DNA from: Leidyana gryllorum EB-2025a
Taxonomy: Eukaryota; Protista; Apicomplexa
Reading direction: 5' to 3'
Length of the DNA: 64,000 nt
NCBI GenBank assembly: GCA_048772705.1
Contig: JBLWGC010000230.1
Coordinates: 1,488,001 to 1,552,000 of the forward strand
Shown here piece by piece: positions 20,272-35,300 of this stretch (position 1 is the stretch's first letter; each line of letters opens with the position of its first letter). The translations under genes were made by a program, and so were the position numbers. Under the pieces are notes generated by a model. That model was not told the origin of the DNA. It made no database searches and worked only from the letters and a program-made list of their open reading frames with translations.

Positions 20272-23084
20272 ATGGCAGCGCGAAACGCTGTGGTGACCGT
20301 TAAGGTCGATCGTCAAGGGGACAATGCCCGAGCGTTGGAGAATGTGGTATACATTGACCAACAGTCTTTCCAAAAGCTTACCTTATCGTCTCCTTATACT
20401 CCAAGTTTGATTGACAAGGGGTCCGATGGGACGGTCAAGTCTGTCGGTATCATGTTCGAGGGTTCTCGGATTATCCACAAGTGTTTGTAAGGTTAGGTGT
20501 GTAAAACGTATCTCTATTTTGCGCAGAGCGAACAATGCATTGCCGCCGGAGACTATCCAGCTGAGTGCGGTTCAACGTACGAATGAAAGTGTTGCATTGG
20601 ACCAGCGAGCGCGTGTTCGAGCATTTCAAGTCGAAGAACCGATCTCATATTATACAGCGGCTACCATTCACATGATAGTGGGGGTGATGAGTCGAGCGAA
20701 CGTGTTGAGTTTGATCGATAAGGATCTGGAGGCCTGGTGTCTGCGAACCGTCGGTGGTCAGATGCTGACTGTGGGGCAGAGTATCTACATTGCTGCCAAG
20801 GACACCAAAACTGGTACCGAAAATGTGGTTTGTGCCAAGGTAGCGGAGCTCGAGCTACTGGATTTGGGAGTGGATGGTGGTGGTGATAGTGCTGCGTCCT
20901 CCCGTTTCAAGTTCGGTCTGGTGACGAACACAACGGAATTCACCTTTGCAACCCAAGAACCTCACATTGATCTCAAGATCACCAAGAGTAAAAGAAGAAA
21001 TCTGTTTAAGCAGGACTTCAACTTTGAGCAGTTGGGCATTGGAGGACTCGACAAGGAGTTTGCCGACATATTCCGGCGAGCATTTGCTTCTCGAATCTTC
21101 CCACCCCATCTGGTCGAAGAGTTGGGTATCACACATGTTCGGGGAATGCTGCTTCACGGCCCTCCGGGAACTGGTAAAACCCTCATTGCCCGACAGATCG
21201 GCAAAGCCCTTCATGCTAAGGAGCCAAAGGTAACGGCAGAACGTGAGGAATGTGTGATGTCCGCCAACTTGCAGATCGTCAATGGTCCCGAAGTTCTGAA
21301 TAAATATGTTGGACAGTCTGAAGAAAATATTCGTAAACTATTTGCCGACGCTGAGGCGGATGAAAAGAAGGTACGGATTTGAGAGACACATCTCGATGTC
21401 CCACGATCTCATCATTTTCAGTATAAAGGCGACTCTCCGTTGCATATAATCATCTTTGATGAGCTCGACGCAATTTGCAAACAGCGAGGCACGAATCCAT
21501 CGGGGGCGGGTGTCAATGACTCGGTGGTGAATCAGTTATTGTCAAAGATTGACGGTGTCGACGCGCTGAACAATATTCTGGTGAGTGTAGAAGACGAGTG
21601 ACCTTCTGTATGGACGATCAATAGTTGATCGGAATGACAAATCGAATTGACATGCTGGATGAGGCGCTGCTGCGTCCCGGACGACTCGAAGTTCACATCG
21701 AGATCGGTCTCCCCGATGAGGCCGGCAGGGTTCAGATCTTCAAGATTCACACCAAGTCAATGAGAGATGCCAATCGACTCGACCCGGTGAGTTGGTGGAG
21801 GGAGACGGCATTGACGGGTGTGGCGATCATAGGATGTATCTCTTGAACAACTGGCCAAACGGACGCGTAACTTCTCGGGCGCGGAGATAGCGGTGAGGCA
21901 CCACCGCCATCAATAGGCTGTATCACACTCGGATTCCGTAGGGTTTGGTGCGGTCTGCGGTGTCTTATGCCTTTGCGCGGAACGTGGATCCCTCCAACAT
22001 GAAGCCTGACGCGGACGATGTTGTGGTGACTCAAGCAGACTTCGATCAGGCCCTGGACGAAGTTAAGCCCGCCTTTGGTGTTGCTGAGGAGTCTCTGCGG
22101 AGTGAGCAGCTCCATATCCGCGAAGGTTTCGCTGTTTACCGTCTTCTTTCCTCACACAGAGTACACTGTCAATGGCATCATCCCGTTCTCTGGAGCGGTC
22201 GAGAAGCTCGAGAAGGATCTCTTCACTTTGGCGACCCAAGTGCGTCGTAGTGAGACGTCTCCTTTAGTGTCGATGCTGCTGTGGGGGTCCTCTGGCAGCG
22301 GCAAGTCGGCCATGGCTTGTCACGTAGCGGAACAATCAGACTTCCCGTTTGTCAAGCTGATATCTCCCGATGACTACATAGGATACTCCGTGAGTCAAAT
22401 CCGGCCACTCTCTTCTCTCCTAACTTCCTTTCCGCCTCACTCCAGGAGATGGCGAAAGTAGCAGCGATATCCAAGTGCTTTGAAGACGCCTATAAGAGTG
22501 ACCTATCTATGAGTGAGTTGCCCGTTGAGTCGAAAAGGGCACAACCAACCTGTTTACTTTCCAGTCATCTTGGACGATCTCGAGCGTCTGTTGGATTACT
22601 CGAGTATTGGGCCGCGATTCTCTAACATTTTGTTACAAACTCTGATGGTTCAAGTGAAACGGATGCCCAAGAAGAAGGGACGTCGCATTATGATAATTGG
22701 CACCACGAGCGAACCGACCTTTATTCAGGACAGTGGTTTACTCAATGCCTTCCAGTTACACTATCACTCACCAATGATTAAGAATCCCGAAGCTCTTTTG
22801 CGGATTCTGGAGGTACGCAATGCTACCCGGGGTGATCTCAGCAAAGAAGAAGCCATGAGTCTGTGTAAAGCAATCTATGTCGAGGGTGCCCCCGCTATCA
22901 AAATTCCCGTCAAAGCGCTCTTCTTGGCATTGGAAATGGCTAAAGAGATCACCAGGACTCAAGGCTCAGAGAGTAAGATGACACTGCCATTACTGATTAT
23001 TATATCACCTCCCCACCATCCGCAGCCATCAACCACAGAACCGTACTGGCGTGTCTCAAAGACTATGGAGTTCAGGACATCTGA
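20272..23084 (+). CDS. NSF: N-ethylmaleimide-sensitive factor (AAA ATPase), multi-exon
   Basis: [83 protein letters not shown], and D2 region [16 protein letters not shown]. Confidence 0.97.
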
Positions 23085-23380
23085 CGTGCGTAGCCTAGTA
23101 GTAGTAGTTGTTCGTTCATAAGGGGAAGTGTGCAGCAGCAGAAGGGAGAAAGTGATCGCGCAAACGAAGTGTTCGGGCGACCGAAGAGCTCTCGGGGGGT
23201 AGCTAAAGCCGACATGAAGAGGGCCTTGGGCCTTGTTGAGCCTTCGGCCAGCAGCGATTCTGGCGAGCTCCAGTTCAGAAGGACGAATCAATCACTGGTG
23301 CCCGAGATCAACTCTTTGGTCCATACCCGACCAATTTGGCGCCACTTGACCATCGCGGCCATCGTGGGGGGGCGTGCTAG

Positions 23381-26300
23381 TCACAAAGCAGCAGCAGATT
23401 GGATCCCGTTCTTAGCTACCACGACTTCAGCTCGTAGCCGTTTCTGAGCAGCACCCACTTCGCGCACCACCTTCTGAATCACTGTCGCATTGGCACAGGG
23501 GATCTGTCTGCAGACTGCTTCTGGCCGCTTCAAATGGATCAGAACACCTTGAGTGGACGCTGACACATTCTGAATTTGTGCGACAGACTCTGACCACACA
23601 ACTCCAGTGCCGACGCTTCGAGATTTTCCAGATGATGTCGCATACCCAGGACTCCGGGGAGGAGACATACCCCCCCCGTTATTTCCAGTGCCCAGCGCCG
23701 GTACCGAGACGCTCACACCACTCGCTGCCCTCGACATCCCGCGTCTCTCTCTCCGTAGCGACAAGTCGAGGAGCACTATTTGTTTGGGATAGAAGACCAA
23801 AACCGTATGTCGCGGGGGAGACTCTCGTCTCTCGAGAGTGATACATTGGAGTACGCTTTTAGCGAATCGAAGGCCGAGCAGCTCGCGGATATCAGCGTCT
23901 GCCGGGTCGTAGTCTCTGCGAGCAGTGTGTCAATGGAGAGAATTGTAGATTGCTTACCGCAAGCGTCCGTGTTCTCCCCAGAGCATCCGGGGCTTCCGTC
24001 TTCTCTCGAAGATGAGTTTCTTGGGCAACATGGTACTGGTTGCAAAGCTGGCTGACATGCCCGATGCCACGTTACTGACCGCTTGGCCCATCTTGTCGAC
24101 CGGTTTGATGATACTTCCCATTACGCCTTGACCGAAACCTTTGAGAGCTCCGCTGAAACCACCCGTCCTTCCGCCCTCGATCGGTTTGGTCACCACATTT
24201 GTCAGACTCACAAACCCTTCGCCCAAATTCTTCATGGCCGCCTGCAGTCCACTTCCGAGGGTCTGATTGGCTCGTCGAGCGGACTGCCGTTCTCGTTGTC
24301 TCTTATTGATATAGTCCTTGTCGAATGTCAAATTGGTCATGAAGGACGACACTTGATTAGACACTGTGTCCACACCGGTCAGACCGGCACCAAGACCGGT
24401 GCGTAACATATCCACAGGAATGCGTGGAATGTTAAGCAGACTGCTATACTCCACCAGAGTGGCCAAAGAGTTGAACACTTGAGCTGTATAGTAATCGTTG
24501 AAGCTCTTGAACACTGTAGTAACTGACCCTCGGACCTGTTCCTCACTGCCGACGCCATCAGGGCCCTTTGGGTCGAAAGCTGGGAACTTTATGGGCGCTC
24601 CCCGCAACTCCAATCGGGTACTCGCAGTCACAACTCTCAGCAGCATTACCATCTTGTCACCCAGCAGACCCATCCGATCGAGCAGGAAGCTGCACCAAGC
24701 GTGAAGAGTAAAGTCGCTGATATATAGCTTCTCTAACACCACAAGCTGTGGTAATCGAGGAGGTATGTACTGTTGCAGAAGAGATAAACGGGTCCATTGG
24801 TGCTCGATCTCGCCGCGTGGCACGCCGCGACTACTGAGAGAATATCCCAGCGACTTGAGACATTCATTATAAAAGTCCGAAATCCCGTTAACGACCTCAA
24901 TATCCATATCCAACTCGATGTCATCCAGCATTATACGTACGTCCTTGAACACCAAGTCTCGTGTGTGCGTTATTGGACGCGACAACGATATCTCAATAAA
25001 CTTCTTCCCGCCGCCAGACACCTTTGATGCCTCAGTTTCCGGCGCCGGTAGCGCTCGGGTGCCCGAGGGGAGCGCTGCCTGCGGACGAGTCAGACCAGCA
25101 TTCGTATTTGCGAGTACTCCACTCCGACTCCGTGAAGGTTCTCGGGTTGGAACATTGCCCACAGTTGCCGGAGCCGGTGGAGAACTGCTGCTGGAAGAAG
25201 GCGCGGCGGCTGAAGACGAAGCTTTGACGACTGTTCCTCTGTTCGCCAATATGACAGATTTCTCGCTTCTCTCCAATTGAGAGTCGATCTGCAAATCAGA
25301 AATCTGCAGGTTCAAGGTGTGCATATTCTGACGCGTAACACTGCTGGCATCAATTTGGCACAGTTCAGCAAACATCAACTCTTCTCGCAGTTTCTCCGAT
25401 ACCAACGATAGACCCATTCGCGCCATGTGGAACTCCACTGAACTCTCCAAATCGTGAACATCCAATACTGGAAGCTGTGTGGGACAGGTTGCCAATGTGG
25501 TGGTCGCGCTCTCTGACGGGGTGTGTGACAAGCGACGTTGGTCGGGCTCCACCGTCACCACGATACCATCGCCCTGCCTCTCGAATTTCACATTGATTGC
25601 CACAGCATTCTTTCCGCCCGATCGCAGCGGCTGAGCCCCGCCCATTACCTCCACTCCTTCTTTTGGGAAGTACTCTTCCTCAATGTCCACACGGAAAGCC
25701 TTCTCCTTGAAGACTGCTGGAGCGCAGTCGTGTATCAACTTGTGTTTGGGGGCAAAGTACTGATCGTTGACGATAATGTATAGGCGCAGTATTCTACTGT
25801 CGCACAAGAACGGACTCGGCCATGCCACACACTCCGTGCCGCCTGTTGGGATCAGGACGCCTCGCAGATGTGCAGTCGCTGGTGCCATAGAACTTGAGGT
25901 ACTCTGATCCTTCAGGGTGGGTTCCTGTTCGCTGTGATACATCCGACAGGCCAAAGAGAGGTGAGCCTCCGCTGGACATTTGTTCCTCACGATGACTCCG
26001 AGATTAGTCTTCTGGGCAATGGCACTGGTCAAATGACCGATAACGATGCTGAAGGTCCCATCATCCGGACAGATCCGAACAATGTACATTTGGGGTTCTC
26101 CTTTGATACTCGGAATCAACAAGTGAGTCTCACCAGCTGTGGCCTCGGTGATCACCACTGCTTCGCTCACTCGGGTATCGCCCACGCGCCCAAACTGCAG
26201 ATATAAGGGAGAGTCCTTATTCTTCCACACCATAGCTCGACTGACGTAGGGGGCGATCGAGAACCGATGGTCTTTGCACCCATACTGGGCTACAAAGAGC

Positions 26301-29300
26301 TCAATATCGCACAGGTTGGTCACAATATACTTTGGCACCAAACTCACTATCCGACACAACGCCCCAGCAGTATCACTCACTCGGATCTTCTGACTCCTCA
26401 AAACAAAGGTGGCATAGACACCCTTCTTTGTATCCAATGCAATGTTAGTGAAACTGCCCTGCGCCGGCACCTCTCCCCGCACAGTGGTCATCGTTGGGGT
26501 TTGATGCTGAGGATCACTCTGTACCAACTTTAGACTGAGCAACTGCTGGCCCTCTGATACGGCATACTCCAGCAATCGAAGACGGTCTTGACCACTTGCG
26601 TGAACATACGGTTTGTCCTCCTTGTTAGCGGGGTGGATTGACCATCCAGTCCGATCCACAAACCATTGAGGGGCGCTTATAACAAACACCTGCTGACGTG
26701 GATCAATGACTTTCGGAAGTATAGCAGACACGTCTCGAGCCGCCTCTCTCCGAACTTCGAGACAACAGTTGGCTGTGTCCATATCCACGATCTGCATACG
26801 AGCGATCATTGCTTCGGGATCTTCCATCTCTCCGTCCTCGGTCTCGCTCCCATTTCCACCCGACGTCTCGCGGTCCTCCACGCCGTACCCGTCGCGCTCC
26901 TTCTTCAGTCTAAACAGTCTATTCTGCGGAATCTTAAGCGTTACGGTGCTGGAATTATACGTCTTCTTGTCTCCATGAAGTCGCGACCCCAACGACAGAT
27001 CGTTACCAATTAGTGGCGGCGGGACTTCATACACAAAGAAGGTTTGCCCTGGCATCAAAGTCCAGTTGACATGACACTTATCGGTCAACACCGGATCTGC
27101 TGAGCGGTCAGCTCTCGACAGACTGCTCTTGCTCCGTGGTTTGTTCAACATCAGCATATCCAGAACCAGTGGGGCCGCGTTGATTCTGTGGTGAGGAAAC
27201 ACTCATCAAGTCAACATCAGCTGACTTACGCAGTGATACTGGGGAAGATAGTCAATTCACATATCTCAGTCTCCGCTGGCAAACTGCTGACCCGCTTGGT
27301 CAAACAGCACTCAAAGTACAAGCGAGTGCCTGGTGGGTGAGAGGGACCATTGGAAGTAGCTCCTTGACCTCTAATAGCCGCTGACGCTTTCTTCGAGATC
27401 TTCCGCTTGTCTTTACTGCCTATACCGAGACCACTCGAGCGACGGTCGCCCTCTTTCATCAACTTGGAAACGGTGTCAAGTGGCTTGCCGTGCCAACAAT
27501 ATCTGGCAAGGGTCAAGGTAGGAAGAGTGTCAACTTGAAGGAGCGTCAAATGTGCCCTACCTGGTGTGAAAGACACCTCCTTCACTCGCAACCATCCCAA
27601 CGCCTTTATTCTTATCGATTATATCTTGCGTGTGGTCGATAGAGTCGATCGGATCGCACCACCCGTCTCCGCGCGCACCAGCACGCATGAAAATGTCTTT
27701 GATATAGCCGACCAACCTGAAAGTAACTGCAGATTCGGGTGTGGTCCCAACTCGAAACTCACTCATCGCGTTTCTGTGAGGGCAGATTGGGATCTTGGAT
27801 CGTTCGGGATATTTCGTCGGTGCCATAGCCATCGAGGTCTTTCAGCAAGAAGTTCAGAGGCCGGAACACCATTCGAACTCGACCGCCGTTCTGAGAGGCA
27901 AAAGCGGCTCTGGGAACACTCAGTAGCTGTCCGTGCTGCAGTATCATAGAATAGGAGTATTCGGCCTCTCTCAAGCCCACAAGCAGGAGCTCATGTGGGT
28001 GCTGGAGGTCTGGGAAGCCAGTGACAGGTTTGGCAAAGTGCGTGGTGGGTATATTCTTGGGTTTGGTGACTTTGAGTGCCTGACTGTTGAGATTCTCCAC
28101 GCCCCATTCTTCGACGCAGGGGTGTACGGTGGAGTCAAGGGGCTCGAAGATGGAGTTTAGGCTGACATCACCCTCTTCATCGCCATCTAAGCCGGTCTTG
28201 TCTGCCATGAGGCGGGACAGACGAGCTGATAAGAGCTCTGTGGGGGCTATCCACGCGTCTAATGGCTGTTCCAGTCGGATATACTGATTCTCCTCGTTCA
28301 GAAATGCTACTTGCAGGGGCAACCCAGATTGATTCTGAATGCGGAATATAGAAGCGATGAGCAGAAGTTGGAAACTCGGGTGAGGCGAAACAATCTCGGC
28401 AACCGTAGTGCATATATTCTGCGGTTCTTCCATTGTCATTGCAGGCGTCAGTGTTCGGGGAGGACTGCCAAAGTCTCTGTCCCCTTCGGCTACTGGTGAG
28501 TGAGTGCGGAGAAGCCGAGCCCAAGTTGAAGGTAACTCACCCGGACTTCTGGGCAGATCGCCTTCAACACCTTTGTCGAACGCTGTCAGTATATTAACGG
28601 CCGAGTTCCGGTGCAGATTGATCGCAAAGGCATGACATCCTATGAAGACACTCGTGATATTTCTTGACGGTGCCGTCTCTCTTACCTTTAGGCAATTCTC
28701 CGACGATCCTTGGAGAAGGGTCCAGATACAGGTTCTGACTGTCAGGAGCAGTTCGTTTCATATCGTGTGCAGCCTTCTCGAAGAGAGCGATAGCTTGGGT
28801 GGGGGACCGAGACGCAATCAGAGCTCGACGAACCGCTGCCTCATCGACGAGGTAGGTGGGTGAGCGATACATTATGCGAAGATGATCCGCCACAGACTTC
28901 ACCAAAGTGTCAGGTGGCGCGGGAAGCAGGTAGACAGCTTCGTTGGTGTTGGTGTCTCCTTGACCCATTCGCATGTTGGTTCGGGTTTGCTCTTTGGTGA
29001 GAGGCACAGCTAAGAACGCATCGAGACTGAGCGGGGAAGAGCTCGGCTGCAATACTTGAGACACAGATGGGATCTGTTCGAGGGGTAATCCCTCCGTCAG
29101 GAGACCGGACTCCACCACTCGTGTCATTTGGAAGGCGCAACCGCTCATGTTGAGGCATCGGAAAGCCGCTGTTGCAACTTTCTGATCGCCGTGTTCAGAG
29201 CGAATGATCGGCAGTGCCAGTCGTTGATGGCCCTCTTCCCGACTTGAGAAGGTCTCCTGGAAGAGAGGGATACAGAAGAGACACAGTTGGACCATTCTGG

Positions 29301-32300
29301 GAGTGATATTGATGTAGACAGGAGTGCTCGAACTGAACTTGAAGGCTTTCACGGGCCGCACTCTGCTCTTGAGAGGGTGATTCCGAAGGTGTCCCCAGTT
29401 GAACGCTTCGATATCATTGATTGTGGGGTCAATTTCACTGCCAGTGATCTCTGCTCGTCTCAAACGTTGTGTGGCCAACATTTGACGTTGGAACTTGAGC
29501 ACTCGTTGGATCGGGACAGCTGAGCGCCACGCTGTTCGGGACTGGAGTCTCTCGACACACGGCTCCCAGACACCAATAGCCGAGTTCAAATAGTCCATAC
29601 GAACATTCATCTCCTCGGCACAGATGAGAAAGTGGGAAGGGCTCCATCGGAAAGCTAATTTGGGAATTCCAACCGTTGATCGGATGAGCGGAACAGCGGT
29701 CGCACGGAACTCATCGCAGAAAACAATGGACAACTCTTGAAGAGCCAAGTCAACATTGAAGAAGCGGAACATAGTTTGATCTGATGGATCGACGAAAACC
29801 TGAATACTGCCATCCGAAGTTGTCCCACTCCCCGGTGTATTTGGACGGTTGTATATTGGGGGCACGACAACGGGTGCAGCTTCGCCCGTGGAGGCTGAGG
29901 GCAAGTCTTGCATGAAGCTGCGGACGGCATAGACGAGCGCTTTGATATCCTTAGCCGTGAGATTCAGAACACATTCTGTTACCAAAGATCGACCTCAAAC
30001 ACTTTCAAGACTCCTCCCACTTACCAGGAATTCTGAAGCTCAAGAAGGCTTCACCGACAAAGACAGCCGGGTGTGATGCACTTTCCAGGAATGTTGACAA
30101 CTGTTCGTTCAAGACTTTCATACGAGCGGCATTCTTTCCGACTGGTCGTGACTGCAGCACTGGATCGAAGAGTCCCCGATACCGCCCTCTCCCCAAGAGT
30201 TCGAACGACTTGCAGCTCAAACGAGCTTCCGTGTCGTCAGGTCGTGTCAGCAGCTCGAATCGTCCCCCCGGGAGACTGACTTCGTGGAAAGCGACTCCTT
30301 TCTGGTCAGACTGTCCACAGAAGAGCAGATCGGTTTGCCATCTCCACAAGTCGTTCACGGCTGCCAAGAATTATTAACAGAAAGTATTTGGGGGATATAG
30401 TTGAAACTCGACTTACAGGTCATCACACTGGGGATGAGGAAGCTTCCTTGGCTGGCATTGACGGAGAAGCAGAACGGGATGTCCTCCGGGAGTGAGACGC
30501 GATTGAGTGCTGTCCGAGCGGTCATCCCATGATACTGTGACGAGGTGGCGCTGTGCGGGTCGGCGAGAGCACTCTGATCCGCATTCTTGTTGGACGGTGG
30601 ATTCAGATCAGGGCGAGGGAGAGAGTTCCTTGGGGTCATCAAAGCATCGTTGCTCACGACCTGCATAATCGGTTTGGGGAAGTGTTTCATCGAGCTGAAG
30701 GCGAGACCCGAAGTGACAAAGTCGAATATGTCCATTCCCAATACGACCAACACTGTGACTTCAGGTTGCAGTAAGGCGACCTCGAATTTGGTTCGAGACA
30801 AACACGAGTTGAAGTATATCCGTATAGCTTCGTGGTTATCCTTCTCCAAGAGTTGTAACTCCTCATCGGTATAGAAACCTTTGACAGTGCCCATTTCCAA
30901 ACCTCTCTTCTCGTCTTGCCGCATTCCCTGACGCATCCACTCGAAACAGAAAGCGTCCTTGCGTAACCAGGGAAACTTGTCTACGAGTTGGGCAGCCCTC
31001 GCGGGAACGTCTTCGCCCCAACTCATCCTCTCGAGTGCCGTGGCCTTCCCACTACCGTCTCCGCTGTTGGTCGATGTGGCGTTTCTTCCAGAGGAGGCAT
31101 CGTGAGCGTGACTCTTGATGAATTGACGGACGGCATTCACAGAGTCTTTCCGAGTGTCAACAGCGGAGAACTCCTTTCCATAGAGACCGAAGCCGTACAC
31201 ATTGACTACAAATTACGAACTGTGAGAGAGAAAACATTGAATCTCATCACTTACAGGCAGGGTGGAGCGCCACATCGCATCCCACGTAGATGGACTTTAT
31301 CTCAATGTTGGCCACCGGTCTATCGGGGTTGAACAATGTTTCCAGGGCGATGCCTGGCGTTCTCAGACGAAGAGATATACGCATTGGCTCCCTCTCGAGA
31401 CTCGATTTGATCTGCTCCATCTCCGTTTGTGTGTCAGTAACTGTGACTGGCATCGGCTGATAGCCTCCTCCACTTAGATTCTCGTTCATCACATCGAGCA
31501 GAAGGGACAGCTGAGGCCGTGAGAGACGTAAGGACCAATAGGAAGTAACTCCATCAATCTCGACTGGTGATTCTGTGGTCCAATGAACCCGTAGCGCAGC
31601 GTTGAGACTACTCAACATCGTCGAGGCCACATGCGGTTTATAAGTTCCGGTAGGGTGATGCTGAGCCTCAATGGTCAATCCTTGGATTTCAGTCATAACT
31701 GATGTCTCCAAAGTGCCTTCCCGCTCAGAATATGCATTCTGGAACTTCACTTGTTCAACATTCAGCTGTAAGTTGGCCCCCAGGTAGTAAAGATCAACTT
31801 GCCGTTTGTCGGTGGCACTCCCCTCAGGAGGCGGACCCCCACGTAGCTTAGCCCTCATGGCCCGGATGTCTTCCTCACTGGCTCCTCCATATTTGCCATA
31901 CAAATGACTCGTGCGGAACCCTCCGACTCGTTTGCCGTCTCGCAAGAAGCTCGTTACACCACGGACATACGTCTGGGGGATGGCGCTCTTATCTTCGCTG
32001 AGAATGAAACAGGGGGCGGTAACCGTGAAAGTGTAGAAGATACTCGGCTTTGAAGCCAACTCGCGGGCTGCCTCGTATGACCGCCACAGGAAAGCCTCCA
32101 GAATACTTCCACTCAGATATTGAATGAGCCGACTGAGGTCTTGTTGGAAGTAGACATAACTCAGTGGTTGCAGTGACCCCTCGATACATTGAGAATACGG
32201 GAGCTTTTCTCCATCCTCGCTATCGTAACTTCTCATCCGCAACGTGAGAACATTGGTACTGTTCACATGGTGGCGGAAACGTGGACTCGGCGCTGAGGAG

Positions 32301-35300
32301 ATCACGCCGTTAGCCGTCAACGAATCAGAACTCAAATGCTTAGGCGCGACGACGCATCGATCGTCCACTCGCACCTCCACCCAATCAACACGCAAAGCAG
32401 TCTCCGACTCGTGCTCGTGATCGAGACCGATACGCAAGAGAGATACATCCTGACAGGAGGCTCTCCAGAACACAGCGTCATCTTCCCAGAAGCTGATGGC
32501 TGCTGCTCTGATGGTAACACTGGCTATCAGGTCCACCCACATAGTGTCAGACTGCTTGCATGAATTGTACTTTGTGAACGGAGGAAGGCCCTGGGACAAC
32601 GTCAAGTTGGCCTTCCCGATACCTTCTCCCTCTTCGACCCCACGTCGCTCGTCTTCGGGTTGCTGTAATCCTTGCATCACACGGTTGAGAGTTTCTCCCA
32701 AGCTACCCAGTGTCTCAGGTTCCCCTGGCATCGGCTCTTCAGCGCCCAGAATAGACTCTCCTTGCACAATGTCCATGTAGTGGTCGTAGCAAGCAATGAG
32801 ACTCTGGATGCAACCTTTGTGCCAATGGAGCTCCACCGGAGCCATATTGACTTCGAGGTACCGGTTGGCTGCAGATAGCTGTCTCCCATCCACATGAGAG
32901 CTCTTGAGAAGGGTGCGTAGATTATTCGGGACCCAAGACCCGCCCAGACTACGGACTTCTGTTCTGATTTGATCCACAGAGGGAGGCGACGACGAGTCTT
33001 CGTGATCGTCAGGCCGCCAGTACTGCACTTGAAAGGCGTAAAACGCAGAGTCGTCTTCGGCGTCTTCGAAGACTTCGTCAAAAGTAGCGCTCATCGACCC
33101 TTGGCTATCGGCGATGGATGACATGCGGTCAGAGGCCACAGTCGTGAACAGAGGAGTGTTATTCCTACAGTCTTCGACTCGGAGACTGGCCATCCCCACT
33201 CGCACAGACTGTTCCGAAGTCTCGTTCGTTCGCAATTCACCCGTCAGATCGAGTGCATCCAGTTGGACCAATGGCGTTGATTGAACATCTGCAACCGTTA
33301 GACCTACGCGACGAACGCACAGTTCAACGTGCACTTCAAAGGTCGCCGACTGGGCGGCACCAGGCCCGCCCAACTCTTCGGTGGCTCTCTCAATCTCAGC
33401 TTCGAGCTCATCAGCCGGTAAGAAGGTGGATCGTCCGTCGTCAGTTATGTACGTATCCGAGTTGCTTTCGAGTCCGGCGATGCCTCCACCAGGGCTGGGG
33501 ATGTGATAGTCACTGCTCGGCTCGGTTGGATCAACCATTATCTGAGAGTCGATAAATCCGCCGCTGCCTCCACGTTCCGAGTTTGCCTGGACAGATGGTA
33601 CCTTCTCTGAAGGCGGTGCGATTGCGCCTCCCACGTGTAATTCGTCTAAGAGTGTCTTTGGGATCTTTGTGAGGAGTCGCACGAGTCGGGGCTCCAAGAA
33701 TACCAGAATCTCTTTGGAGACGGCTGTCACTGAGACTGTCTTGAAGTTATGGACGGAAACCCGGACCTCCAGCGGGATGGGATGGATAGCCACCATATCC
33801 TCCGACTGCTCAGCGGCAGTGCCGCCGCCACTGTCCTCAGGGGGACGTGTTTGGAGATCATTGTAGAGTAACTGTGTATCAGAGAGCTCCAAACTGAGCT
33901 GGAAGCTTTGAAGTTGGCACGGCCTCGGAGTGAAGACTTTGGCTCTTCCCAAGTTGAACTTGAGGGATCCAATGTTGTCATCCTCGAATATGAGGATAGG
34001 CGCTGCCAACTGGACATCAATGTCGAATGTCTTGGATATGTCTCGGTGGGTGGCTGCTGGACTTTCAGATTGCTGTGGAGAGGAGGAAAGTACAGAAGAA
34101 CAGACAGCTTCGGGGTTTCAATCCCCTTTGATGCTCACCATTTGCTGTTCAACGACTTTACTCTTGAGTCTCTCTTTCTGTTCCGCCATGAGTTCCTCCA
34201 GGAAGCCCTGATTTGGTATTCCAGCGTTCTTTTGCATCTGACGGACATGACGTAGTTCATCCACGAAAGCTTGGGACGCCTCGAAGGTGAAGAAAGCTGC
34301 GAACTTCCGCACGAAGATGGGACGGACTTTCAACACCAGAGGCTGCAATTGCGCTTTGAGGACAAATTTGTGTCCGTCCCGATCAATGGCATTCTGGATC
34401 CTTATGCTGTTGAGAGTATCGCCGTTGCTAACACCACCGCCGTCCACGGGTGGGTGGGAATCTGTGGCATCTTCAGCGGCCTGCAGATCTTCTTCGTCCT
34501 CGAGGGCTTCTTGGAAACTGGACACATGTCGTAACGGGAGTAATGATCCATCCTGGAAATATACAATCCGACGACCCAATTGACTCGCCTCCACCCTGTC
34601 AACGCCTCCAAAAACAGTCCACTCAAATGCTTCACGTAACTCCTGGTCGACTTTGGGCGTCAGATTCAGACTGATGTTTAAGCCATAAACATCAGCGGTC
34701 AAGAAATCAGGTTCTTCCACCTGATCTTCTTCATCAGTACGTCGCTCGGTCAGTATCAGACCGAAACGAGGGAGGCTGAAGGTCAAACTCCAACTCATTG
34801 ATGAACTATCTAAGGCAAAGACGTCTTCAGTTTCCTCTCCTTCGGCATCGGCTTTGGTCTGAAACAGAAGGGGGCCGGCCAATGTCATTGTGCCGTTATT
34901 GGCCGGAAACTCACTTTAGCTAACTCCTCTTCGATGAATTGTACCTCCTCTTCGGTCAGCTCGAGACCCCCGACTCCATGAGCAGCCGCTTCCGCGATCA
35001 GTGTGGCCTCATCCTTACGGTTGGTGATTCTGCCCCACCATCCCTGTTGCTGTCGGGCTTCTTCCATTTGCTCCCGCTGACGCGCCTCTCGAGCTCTGAT
35101 CACCCGCTCGGCCGCCACGCGGCAACGCGTTCGCCATTGAATTAGCTGAAGACGAAGCCGGTGTGAGGGGAGTAGAGGGAAGAGCAACACACGGTAGAGT
35201 TACGAATACAGAATAACATCGTTGACATTATTAAAGCGTGTCGGTCTGCAACTTACATATCGTGCCGGGATGACGTCATGCAAGATTTGGAGACGGTGTT